64,000 nt of DNA from Tubulanus polymorphus (GCF_964204645.1 NC_134028.1:12881263-12945262); one strand, 5' to 3'; counted from the first letter of the stretch, positions 50,931 through 62,271 are shown. Made by a program: numbers and translations. Notes: generated by a model not told the origin, from the letters alone.

Positions 50931-51525
50931 TTATTTTAGTTAATTTTTGTTCTGATTCATTTTCTGTTTCGACGTTTTGTTGTAGTACATCTGTTTCGTT
51001 CTTACCTGATTTATATTCCATAGGTTTGATGTTCGAAAATGTTATAACTCCAGTAGAAATCAATGTCATAACCGATCCTAATTGAAATGAAGCATAACCA
51101 ACCCATTTTTGTAATTCAGTCATAACTAAGTAGTCATTTTTCAAATCACTATATAATTTATTTTCATCATCAATTGGTATTAACTGGTTACATAACTTAG
51201 AATAACATTTGACAATACCATCACTTATAGAGTCGTTTATTCTAGCTAATCTTGACTCTTCATAAATCTTAAAATATTTTATTACTTTATCGGGTTTCAT
51301 AGAGTCTAGTTCTTGAAAAGTTATTATTTTTCCTAAGAAGTCCTTAGATTTCCCGCCAGCAATTAATAATTCAAGATGATGCTTACAATATAAATAGTAT
51401 TCATAATCTATATTGTTATTAACTTGAGCACAATTAGTTGCAACTGTATCTTTATTATCACTTATACCCAAATCATCTAATGTTTTTTCAATATCAATAC
51501 TATTCTTAGTAGATTTCTTTGACAT
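50923..51525 (-). CDS. C MSKKS-family protein
   Basis: Homology to A and B copies. Confidence 0.85.
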   Translation of the reverse strand: MSKKSTKNSIDIEKTLDDLGISDNKDTVATNCAQVNNNIDYEYYLYCKHHLELLIAGGKSKDFLGKIITFQELDSMKPDKVIKYFKIYEESRLARINDSISDGIVKCYSKLCNQLIPIDDENKLYSDLKNDYLVMTELQKWVGYASFQLGSVMTLISTGVITFSNIKPMEYKSGKNETDVLQQNVETENESEQKLTKINE

Positions 51526-51828
51526 TTATATTAAAGAAAAAAAGCAAAAAAAAATATTATAAGTATTCTTCAAATGATATTAGATAGTTAAAGTTAAAGA
51601 ACTCTAGTATTGACTACTGATACTAGCTATTTGAATTTAAAGAATTTCTATTCGGATCTATTCAAAATATAAAGTATTCTCTTCTTGAAAAGAAAATATT
51701 AAAAATATAACAGAATTCACTAGCAGTTGAAGTTATTGTTTTTTTAATATATTTTATTTGAATTCTATTTGATATCTCACTACTATTGTCTATCTATTAG
51801 GAGCAGTAACTATAACTGTCCAGATAAG

Positions 51829-52503
51829 TCATTTCGGATCCTTGATATCAAATTCCTCAACATATTGTTCATTCTGTGGGTTACTATTCCACCAATCAAT
51901 AAATTTCCTTGCTTTATTCAACTGTTCCAAATATAATTGTAAATCTAGTTTATTAGATTTGGTTTGATTTTCTTTCTTTTCTAAAGGCCTTAAATTTTTC
52001 CAACCCCAAATAAGTTTTTTATTGTATTCATCATTCATGTTAAATTTAGATATTGGTAACACGTGATCAATGTGGTAATAATCCCCATAATTATCTATAT
52101 TCATTTTATCATCGAATTGAAATATTATCCATGATTTGAGAAATTCATCTGAACAACCCAATAAATTAGATAGTGTTTCTGAATGCGTTTCTTTGTTGAA
52201 TAATTGTGTTAATCTAGACCTTAAGCATTGTTTCAATCTAAAATTAAGATCTGTTTGATATCTTTCTCTCATATATTTTGTCATATAATAATTATAATGT
52301 TTTATATTATCTTCTCGATATTGTTTGGTGTATAGTTTAGTACAAGTTTTACAACAATATTGAAAACCATCTTTGCTAATCTTACGCTTACTAAATTCTG
52401 TTAATGATTTATCTAATTCACATTTAGAACATTTCTTGTAATATATGTTTATAACGCCAGTGTTATTTGTAATATTGATAGTTTGTGGTTGTTCTGGTTC
52501 CAT
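51829..52503 (-). CDS. C Zn-finger/HNH endonuclease
   Basis: CSKC..CKTC; HIDHVLP..NLRPL...N..K.N. Confidence 0.85.
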   Translation of the reverse strand: MEPEQPQTINITNNTGVINIYYKKCSKCELDKSLTEFSKRKISKDGFQYCCKTCTKLYTKQYREDNIKHYNYYMTKYMRERYQTDLNFRLKQCLRSRLTQLFNKETHSETLSNLLGCSDEFLKSWIIFQFDDKMNIDNYGDYYHIDHVLPISKFNMNDEYNKKLIWGWKNLRPLEKKENQTKSNKLDLQLYLEQLNKARKFIDWWNSNPQNEQYVEEFDIKDPK

Positions 52504-52645
52504 TTATTATACATATTTTTTTACTAAAACTGATTTATTTTTGTTTGAAATCTATGTGCTGCTCTTTTCCATTCCTTGTTCTTTTTCATTCCTCGCCGCC
52601 GTAGTTGATAAATCATTTCGATTCCTTGATATCAAAATCATACAA

Positions 52646-53215
52646 GCGGCCGGCCATTTATGGCCGGTTTTGCTTAATGCGCATGCGTTAAACATAATTA
52701 TATATTCATTCTATAAATTCTGTAAAATAGAAACGACCGACATGAAATATCAAAACGTGTTCGCATTAGGCAAAACCGCTCTTATTGGAGCGTTTTTGCT
52801 TAATGCGCATGCGCTAATCATAATTATATATTCATTCTATAAATTCTGTAAAATAGAAACAACACATGTGTTACATGTATCACTTGCGGCCATTTATGGC
52901 CGGTTTTGCTTAATGCACATGTGTTAATCATAATTATATATTCATTCTATAAATTCTGTAAAATAGAAACAACATATGCGTTACATGCGTTGCATGCGTT
53001 ACATGCAGCCATTTGTGGCCGGTTTTGCTTAATGTATATGTGTTAATCATAATTATATATTCATTCTATAAATTCTGTAAAATAGAAACAACTGAACATA
53101 GAAAATTCAAACGCATTCATGTCTGCGTCACATGCGTTACATGTGTTACATGCGGCCATTTATGGCCGGTTTTGCTTAATGCGTATGTGTTAAACATAAT
53201 AGAAACGACTGAACA
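52646..53215. repeat. About five degenerate tandem units of 120-140 bp
   Basis: ggccatttatggccggttttgcttaatg...aattctgtaaaatagaaac recurs. Confidence 0.85.
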
Positions 53216-53717
53216 TAAAAATTCACAAATCAGATTTACACAATACATTATACAAGTTGTTCAGTCATTTCTTCTAATACATCATTTGATTTCTATAAAT
53301 ACAATTTATAATTACAAACATTTTTTCAATTGCTGGTAAATATTTAACTACATCAACAAATGATAAACTTAATCATTGGAGTCTCAATGTTTTTGAAATT
53401 CTTATATTTCTTCTTCGATCTTTTGGTGATTCTATTGGTTTGATATCCATTGTTGTTGATTCCTCAGTCAGAAAGAGTATCTTGAGTTTCTCTATCGCTT
53501 CTTGATGTGTATGATGTTTTATTAATCTAAAAGATATTAGCGGCAACTCTAACTATCTAAAAGATATACTAAATACACTTAAATATATCTAAAGGTTTCA
53601 TATTTAATAGCTCTAATAACTACAACAAACAGTACTTACATTTAGATTTATAATTGTAAACTATAAACTCCTAATTTCGTTTCGAAAGATAGAATATCCT
53701 GAGCACAATATTACAGC

Positions 53718-53835
53718 GTATATCCATTTCCGGGGCGATTTCTAGAATGACACGTCGTTGATTATACCACGTCATCTAGTTCCGGCGCGCCTTTCTAGAA
53801 TATTCTACACGTTTCTGATTATGACGTGTCATAAT
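53718..53835 (-). promoter_or_regulatory. Candidate stress-responsive Pol II promoter (HSE, UPRE/CRE-like, ETS-like motifs)
   Basis: TTCtaGAAtaTTC 53793-53805; TTCTAGAA 53740-53747; CCACGTCA 53767-53774; ATGACGTGTCAT 53821-53832; TTCCGG twice. Confidence 0.45.
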
Positions 53836-54158
53836 ATCTCGTTGTTATAGTAACAACCGTAACAGCTGCGAATTTATAGATTTATTCTATAGCTCTGTAC
53901 ATTGAATGTATATAGGCTCAAATAGAATCATGTTTTAGTATAAACATCTAGAACAAGCGTGTTGAGACTTGTAAATTATGAGATTTGTGATTCGCTAACG
54001 TTCGCCGTATACACAACGCGTTGAAGTTGAAAAAAATCAATAATAAAAGCATTTAGATCAATGAAATTAATTAACTCTTTACAATTGAAATATAAGGTGG
54101 TAATATATGTTTACTAGAGTTAATACAACCAACTATATAGCTGAGTATTATCGGGTGT

Positions 54159-54332
54159 TTATAACGATTCAACGTATTTTTCACTATGTGTTGAGTTCCT
54201 TAATTCGATAAATGTTTTTGCTTTAACCAACTGGACTAAAAACAAATGTGTTCTAGTTTTATTGTGTCTTGCTTTTTGAGACTTGTCTATATCGATATTA
54301 CATGTTGGGCAGTAGTACTTATTTGCTTCCAT
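54159..54332 (-). CDS. Chimeric mini-ORF (57 aa): pPolB Zn finger fused to HNH tail
   Basis: Manual translation MEANKYYCPTC...KTRTHL-FLVQLVKAKTFIELRNSTHSEKYVESL*. Confidence 0.45.
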   Translation of the reverse strand: MEANKYYCPTCNIDIDKSQKARHNKTRTHLFLVQLVKAKTFIELRNSTHSEKYVESL

Positions 54333-54412
54333 TTTAATACTATATTTTTTATTAAAATTGATTTTAGAAGTTCAATGATTTAAATGTTATTCATATATAT
54401 GAATATTTTAAG

Positions 54413-54678
54413 AGTAATAGGGGTAATAGGCTTTCAGGTTAAAGGTTGAACGGGCGGGTGAGTAAAAATGAAAAACATAAAAATAATTACAATTTCTACT
54501 TGAATTAGGAGTGAAACTCATGAAAATGAAAAATAAATTCGAGCGTGTGAGAATTTATTTTTCATTTTTATGAGTTTCGCGAGTAATTCAAGTAGAAATT
54601 GTTATTATTTTTATGTTTTTCATTTTTACGAGCTCGACCGTTCGACCTTTGGCCTGAAAGCCTATTACCCCTATTACT
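54413..54678. repeat. C right terminal hairpin (type II)
   Basis: Inverted copy of 36272-36537. Confidence 0.95.
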
Positions 54679-55914
54679 GGAGTTATATAAGTCCTTCTAA
54701 GATTTCTAGAATATCTAATGCTATTAAAGCAGAAAGATCACATCATATAATTACACATAATCCTTCAAATATTAATCCCGATGAAACTTTATATGTTAGA
54801 ATTCCTAGATTAACACAAAATACTTTTTATGTTCCAAATAGTATTTATTTATCTGCCGATATAAAAGTAATCGGTAATAATAATAATTATGTTGTTGATA
54901 ATGTTGGAAGATTAAAAATTAAAATTTTTTAATTTGATTAAAAAGTTAACTATAAAGATTGGTCCAGAAACATTAGATGATTATAATTTATTTATGCATT
55001 ATAAAGATTTATGGTTAACTAAAGAAAATAGAAATAATATGATATTTCAAGGCATCCAATCAGAAAACCAAAATATATTAAGATCAGAAGCTAATAGCAC
55101 AATATTAACTAATGCTGTAGATAAATTGATAAAAAGTATATATGGAAGCAAATATAAAATTCCATTAGACTTTGAATTGATAAATAACAATGCGCCTTTA
55201 TATAAATACGCAATTCAAGAAGATGTTATATTCGAAATAACATTTGCTCCTGTTAATGAAATTGTAATATCTAGCGTTATTAAAGATATGGGTTATAAAT
55301 TATCGAATATATGTTTAGAATATGATACAGTAACTGATGAAAATATTGCAAGTATAATTCAAACTCAATACAATCAAGGATTTTCATTATTATATGATTA
55401 TATTGATAAATTTAAAACTGTAACTATTAATGCAAATGATGAAATAATTAATGAGAATATTAACTTCCCAGGTATATTAATATTTTTTACCATTGCAACA
55501 TATACTAATGGCGCAATAAATGTTGATAATTATTATAATCCTGAAATAACAAAAGTAGAAATAACTATCGAAGGAATAGCAAATAAAATATTTTGTCAAG
55601 GAGTGATATTGATTGATCAATGGCCAGAAATTAGAAAACATTTTATGAATGAAAAAGTAAAATCATCTGAAAATTGTAACATTAATCAAATTGATTATTA
55701 TACCGGCAATAAATATGCATTATGGTTAGATTTTAGAACAACAGAGGATAATTCATCACATGGTCCTGGAAAAAAACTACAGAACACTACAGATGGAATA
55801 CAATTATTCATGACAAAGAATAAAGGAATCAAAAATTTCAAAATGCACATTTATATTATATCTGACGCGCAATTAAATATTGTAAATTCTCAATTAGATA
55901 GTGTTATGTATTAA
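54679..55914 (+). pseudogene. A major capsid protein (first codons at 36259-36271), disrupted
   Basis: Aligns with C capsid; small indels. Confidence 0.82.
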
Positions 55915-55946
55915 AATTTTAACTTTAATAAAAATTTATATAATAA

Positions 55947-56714
55947 ATGGAAGGAGGTAAAGTATATAAACATATTCCATACATCGATACACATGAAAAT
56001 AATGATGGTTTATATTATGTAATACCTTGTAATATAGCTTTGATATTTGATCCTATTTTCAAAATTTATAAAACTAAACTAATAGAAATCGATAATAATA
56101 AAAGGGGTGTTGTTGATAATTTAAGTAATGTAATTGATAATAATGTAATACCTTCTACATCTAATAATGTAATACCTTCTACATCAAATAATGTAATAGT
56201 GAAAATAGAAATTATTGTGATTATTGTAAAGGCGAATTTTCAAACGCTCCATCAAATTGGAATAAACATATGAATACAAGGGTACATATAAATAATGTTA
56301 TAGAACGTGTTGGTTTAAAAGAATTTATAGAACACCCATTTAGATATGTTACAAAGTTTGTTTCAAATCAAAAAGTAAATAGTAAAGAATTATATAAAGA
56401 TTTATTATTAGCAACACCTAATAAAGATGAATTAGATTTAACCGATGCTAAGAAAATATTAGAATCAAACACTGTAAATGAAATATTAGGAGCAAACACT
56501 AATAAAGATAATAATGAAAATACAGGAAAGCGCATTGATGATAAAGATTCTATGAAACTTAAATCAGAAAATAAAGATATAGTTTAGATGACTAATAAGT
56601 ATATCAATAAACCAATTATTTATGAAGATACGGTAGAGCATTTGAATAAATTATTAGGGTCTGATGATGAATTGGAGAGTGATGATGAAAGTGATTCAGA
56701 AAGTAATTATCTAA
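55947..56714 (+). pseudogene. A MEGGK-family protein, frameshift and stop
   Basis: Homology to B and C copies. Confidence 0.8.
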
Positions 56715-57254
56715 CACTCAAAAAGTAATAAAGGTTGAAAATTGTATAAAATAATAGTAAATAAAAAAGGGGGTTTTAAGTATTAAGGTATCTAATACGT
56801 ATTTAATACATATCTAATACATATCTAATACATATCTAATACATATCGAATACAATCTAATACATAAAATATCTTATTTTATAAACTGATATTCATATGG
56901 AAATTGAATCCTCAGTAATAATAAATAACCTTTATTATTTTCAAACTAATTCATATATTAGTTGAAAAAATAAAAATAAATTGGTTGAAAATTGTATAAA
57001 TAATATTTATTTTTAAAAAGGGGGTTTTAAGTAATTAAGGTATCTAATAGGGTATCAGGTATTAGGGTATCTAATAGGGTATCTAATACATAGGTATATT
57101 TTAAACATATTTCAATATTTATATTTGTATGAGTTAGATTTTTAAACATTAAAAGTGTTAGTAAAGTTTTATTGAAATAATTCATATATATTCATGAATA
57201 ACATATTAATGAATAACTTCTAAAATCAATTTAGTAAAAAAATATGTATAATAA

Positions 57255-57908
57255 ATGGAACCAGAACAACCACAAACTATAAATATTACAAATAACACTG
57301 GTGTCATAAACATATACTACAAGAGGTGTTCTAAATGTGAATTAGATAAATTAGCTTTAACAGAATTTAGTAAGCGTAAGATTAGCAAAGATGGTTTTCA
57401 ATATTGCTGTAAAACTTGTACTAAACTATATACCAAACAATATCGAGAGGATAATATAGAACATTTTATTTATTATATGGCAGAATATATGAGAGAAAGA
57501 TATCAAACAGATCTTAATTTTAGATTGAAACAATGCTTAAGATCTAGATTAACACAATTATTCAACAAAGAAACGCATTCAGAAACACTTTCTAATTTAT
57601 TGGGTTGTACAGATGAATTTTTCATATCATGGATAATATATCAATTCGATGATAAAATGAATATAGATAATTATGGTGAATACTTTCATATTGATCATGT
57701 GTTGCCGATTTCTAAATTTAACATGAATGATGAATACAATAAAAAACTTATTTGGAGTTGGAAAAATTTAAGGCCTTTAGAAAAGAAGGAAAACATAATT
57801 AAATCTAATAAACTAGATATACAGTTATATTTAGATCAACTGGATAAAGCAAAGACATTTGTTGAATTATGGAACTCAACACATAATGAAAAATACGTTG
57901 AATGTTAA
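57255..57908 (+). CDS. A Zn-finger/HNH endonuclease
   Basis: Same motifs as C; last codons displaced by insert 57901-58733. Confidence 0.85.
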   Translation: MEPEQPQTINITNNTGVINIYYKRCSKCELDKLALTEFSKRKISKDGFQYCCKTCTKLYTKQYREDNIEHFIYYMAEYMRERYQTDLNFRLKQCLRSRLTQLFNKETHSETLSNLLGCTDEFFISWIIYQFDDKMNIDNYGEYFHIDHVLPISKFNMNDEYNKKLIWSWKNLRPLEKKENIIKSNKLDIQLYLDQLDKAKTFVELWNSTHNEKYVEC

Positions 57909-59085
57909 ACGCTTAGAAAACCGGTTACTCTCGATCTATGTCAAACCGCCTGTATGTAATTGTATTAGGTTGTTTACAAAAGCATCTGTCGCACGTTATA
58001 TTCAGTTGAATAGGGTGTATCTCACTTGAATATTGATCGAATGTGCTATTTCAGTTGAAAAGGATTGATCAATTATATTACAAAGGAAGGAACATCTGTT
58101 GCACCAGATAGTATTTAGCTAGTGAATAACTGGCAGTTATAAACGCGCAGCACATAAGCATAGGAACGTATAGGATATTCTCTCTATAAACACAATTTTA
58201 GGAGTTTACAGTTATAAATGTAAGTACTGTTTTTGTTGTTATTAAGGCGTTGGAAAACGCTAAACATGTAAAAATTATCCTGGTAAGATGCGCCACAAAA
58301 TGGTCATGTTTAAGTGTTGTAATTAATATTTTACAACTACAACTTCAAGTTAGTTTTATTCTACGCTAGATATTTGTCTTTTAGATAACAAAATGAAGAC
58401 CATTGAATCAAGAAAGTGAAGATAGATGGATGTGGAATCAGAAATAATGGATATTTCAACTCATGAGACTGTAGCAGTTTAGCCATACTGTATAGGCTTC
58501 CAATGCATTACGTTTGTCGGAATTTCAATTCCGTCATTAAGCTGTTGTTAATGACACACAGTGACAAATGTTGTATTATACTTTATTGATTCCTGCATTC
58601 CACGCATAACTTACCGGGCCTGAGTGGAGCGGCTTGGAATGTGGAAATCGATAATGATTGTAGAATTAAATATATGTGTGTTTATGAAATAGTATTTCCA
58701 CCAGTCGTTTCTTTGAATTTATTTTCAGTTTTAGGATTTATTATCAAGAATCCGAAATGACTTATCTGGACAGTTATAATTACTGCTCCTAATAGATAGA
58801 CAATAGTAGTGAGATAATCTAAATCCTAATTTAAATAAAAAGTATTTAAAAAACAATAACTTCAACAAGCTAGTGAATTCTATTATATTTTTAATACTTT
58901 CTTTTCAAAAAGAATACTTTATATTTTGAATAGATTCAAATAGAAATTCTTTAAATTCAAATAGCTAGTATCAGTAGTCAATACTAGAATTCTTTAACTT
59001 TAACTATCTAGTATTAATCTAAAGAGATACTGGTATCATTTTATAATACTTATAATATTTTTCTTATTAAATTTCTCTAATATAA

Positions 59086-59742
59086 ATGTCAAAGAAATCG
59101 AGTAAGAATAGTATTGATATTGAAAAAACATTAGATGATTTAGGTATTAGTGATAATAAGGATCCAGTTGTTTCTAATTCTATTCAAGTTAATAACAATA
59201 TTGATTATGAATACTATTTATATTGTAAACACCATCTTGAGTTACTAATTGCTGGCGGGAAATCTAAACAATTTTTAACTAAGACCATTACTTTTCAAGA
59301 ACTAGACTCTATGAAACCAGATAAAGTAATAAAATATTTTAAGATTTATGAAGAAGCTAGATTGGCCCGAATAAATGATTCTATTTCAGATGGTATTGTC
59401 AAATGTTATTCTAAGTTACGTAACCGGTTGATACCAATTGATGATGAAAATAAATTATATAGTGATTTGAAAAATGACTATTTAGTTATGACTGAATTAC
59501 AAAAATGGGTTGGTTATGCTTCATTTCAATTAGGATCGGTTATGACATTAATTTCTACTGGCGTCATAACATTTTCGAACATCAAACCTATGGAATATAA
59601 ATCAGGTAAGAACGAAACAGATGTACTACAACCAAACGTCGAAACAGAAAATGAATCAGAACAAAAATTAACAAATAAATGTGTGATGGAGTTAAAAAAA
59701 AGGTTAAATCCGAGAAACAAATTAAATGGGCAAGAGAATTAG
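59086..59742 (+). CDS. A MSKKS-family protein (extended by frameshift)
   Basis: Homology to B and C copies. Confidence 0.78.
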   Translation: MSKKSSKNSIDIEKTLDDLGISDNKDPVVSNSIQVNNNIDYEYYLYCKHHLELLIAGGKSKQFLTKTITFQELDSMKPDKVIKYFKIYEEARLARINDSISDGIVKCYSKLRNRLIPIDDENKLYSDLKNDYLVMTELQKWVGYASFQLGSVMTLISTGVITFSNIKPMEYKSGKNETDVLQPNVETENESEQKLTNKCVMELKKRLNPRNKLNGQEN

Positions 59743-60073
59743 GTAAAAGATCTTCAGAATTGAAAAAAGCTAAGAAAAAGAAATTAACTGATATAAATGA
59801 ATCACAGAAATTATCTGATATTGATTCGAATGATAATCCATCTGATTCTTCTAATGCTGGAATTATAATATATAAATTATAATTATATTTAATTATAAAT
59901 TATATATTACAATTGGATTAGTAACAGTTATTATATTATCCGGTGTAATATATAAATCAAAATTCAAATCTGATGATAAATATGATTCCAATGACAATAA
60001 ACCTATTATACCAGAAAATAAGTCAAATCATAAAGTCATTGAAATTAAATCTAAATTATTATTAATGGATTAA
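59679..60073 (+). pseudogene. A MSDGV-family protein, disrupted
   Basis: Homology; stop at 59882. Confidence 0.75.
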
Positions 60074-60081
60074 AATAGAAA

Positions 60082-61173
60082 ATGAAAAAAGAACAATATT
60101 TAAGAGATTTATATTATAACCCAGAAAGTGAAGTATCATATTCTAGCGTTACAGAAGTATGGAATAAAATAAAATCTGATAATGAAAATGGTAATATAAA
60201 ATATAGTGAATTAAAATCATGGTTACAAAATCAACCAACATATCAAATACACAAGAAAATGGATAAAACTTATTTAACAAGGAAAGTTATGGTTTCATAT
60301 ATCGATCAACAATGGCAAGCAGATTTAATTGACATGAAGAACTTAGAAGAATACAACAAATGATATTTCTGGATACTGAATGTTATAGACATACTCAGTC
60401 GATACGCATGGTCAATTCCAATCAAAAATAAAACTGGTATAGAAGTTACAAATGCTTTTAAATCTATATTTAAAGAAGCTATTCCAGATAAGATACAATT
60501 TGATGAAGGTAAGGAATTCTATAACAAACATTTTAAAAAACTATTATCTGATAACGATGTAGATTATTTTTCAACACATTCAGATAAAAAAGCATCTATT
60601 ATAGAAAGATTTAATAAAACATTGAAAACTAGAATGTGGAAATATTTTACTGCTAATGAAACATATAAATATATCGATGTGTTAGATGATTTAGTGAAAG
60701 GTTATAATAATTCTAAACATAGTTCTATAAATATGAAACCTATACAAGCTAGAAAAGAAGATAATTCGGAAATAGTTTGGAATAATTTGTATGGTGTGTT
60801 TGTTACACATGATTTCGGTGAACCTAAATCTAAAATAGGACAACACGTAAGAATATCTAAATATAGAAAAACATTTTATAAAGGTTATACCCCTAATTTT
60901 ACAGAAGAAATATTCAAGATTAAAAAGATAATATTAACTAAACCTTTTGTTTATAAACTAGAAGATCTAAAAGATGAAGAAATATTAGGTTATTTCTATG
61001 AACAAGAATTATCACTTGTACCAAATCCAGATGAAATAGAATACAAAATAGAAAAAGTATTGAAATCAAAAACTCTTAAAGGAAAAAAGTATTCTTTGGT
61101 GAAATATAAAGGATATGATGATAAATTTAATGAATGGATTTTATCTAGTAAAATTAAAAGAATAAATGAATAA
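60082..61173 (+). pseudogene. A integrase-chromodomain, nonsense at 60361-60363
   Basis: GGA changed to TGA; C-terminal half intact through the chromodomain. Confidence 0.92.
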
Positions 61174-61789
61174 AGATTTATTTATATTTGAACCGCATAA
61201 TATGTTAGTTACTGGTGTAACCAACTGTGGTAAAACACATTTCATATTAGATTTGTTAGAAACTATTTATAAGAATCATTTTGATAATATAATAATATTT
61301 GATAATATATTTTGTCCTACTTATGAAATGAATAAAACATATAATAGAGATATAGTTAAGATGAAAAAGTTTATTATATTAAATCCTAAAACAGTAAAAG
61401 AAAATTTAGATAATTGTATAAAAATAGCAATTGATACTTATTAAGGATCAAATACATTATTCATTGTAGATGATTGCGCAAATTTACATGATTCAAAAGT
61501 GAGAGAAAGTGAGTTATGTTATTTAGCTTTCTCTGGGAGACATTTTGGGATAACAACATGGGTTTTAAATCAAAAATATAATTCAATTGTTAAAGACTTT
61601 AGGGAGAATATAAGATTTTTAGTTTTATTTTATAACAAAGATAAAAAATCTATGCAACAATCATTGGAAGAAAATCAAATTATACCTACTGAATTACATG
61701 ATGAATATATGAATAAATTAAAGAATAATAAAGGTTCAAAATTATTACTGAGACTACAATTTCCCTATGAATATAAGTTTATAAAATAA
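61166..61789 (+). pseudogene. A packaging ATPase, stop at 61442-61444
   Basis: Walker A and GRH fragments. Confidence 0.9.
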
Positions 61790-61879
61790 CTATTTATATA
61801 TCTATTCTATAAGAGCTTACACTTTTATATTGAATAATCTGTCAATTTAAATATTATTCATTTACATGAATATTTTAAG

Positions 61880-62271
61880 AGTAATAGGGATAATAGGCTT
61901 TCAGGTTAAAGGTTGAATGGTCGAGTTCATTAAAAACAAATATTAAAAGTAATTTAAAACTATAATATATTTTCATAACCGTGTGTATTTCAGTTGAATA
62001 ATAGAATAATTATTATTATTTGAATATATTTGATTATATGAATTTGTGTATTGTAAATAAATCAATTGGTCGCGGAGCGGTAGCGAAGTGGAGCGACCAA
62101 TTGATATAATACAATATGCTTTTTAAATTATTGATATCTTAGAATAAATATTTAGTTATAATATAAAATACACACAAAATATATTATAGTTTTAAATTAC
62201 TTTTAATGTTTTGTTTTTTAATGAGCTCGACCGTTCGACCTTTGGCTTGAAAGCCTATTATCCCTATTACT
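61880..62271. repeat. A right terminal hairpin (type I)
   Basis: Inverted copy of 2595-2989. Confidence 0.95.

Larger units (their letters stand above)
36272..54678 (+). mobile_element. Polinton-like element C (18,407 bp), nested in the start of A's capsid gene
   Basis: 435-bp TIRs (36272-36706 and 54244-54678); perfect TSD GGAGTT; flanks rebuild ATG AGT GGG AGT TAT. Confidence 0.97.
2595..62271 (+). mobile_element. Polinton-like element A (outer; about 17.8 kb without insertions)
   Basis: TIRs about 2595-3051 and 61818-62271 share A-specific sequence (ttgacagattattcaatataaaagtgta); genes continue across the B and C insertions; no matching TSD. Confidence 0.85.

Noticed and set aside
52646-53215. 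Possible CRISPR-like array
   Set aside because: Units are long and degenerate without unique spacers; no cas genes; eukaryotic context.
52445-53339. 160-aa and 108-aa ORFs
   Set aside because: Translations of the tandem repeat; no domain evidence.
54570-54932. 120-aa ORF starting in the C hairpin and running into A's capsid
   Set aside because: Accidental read-through across the insertion junction.
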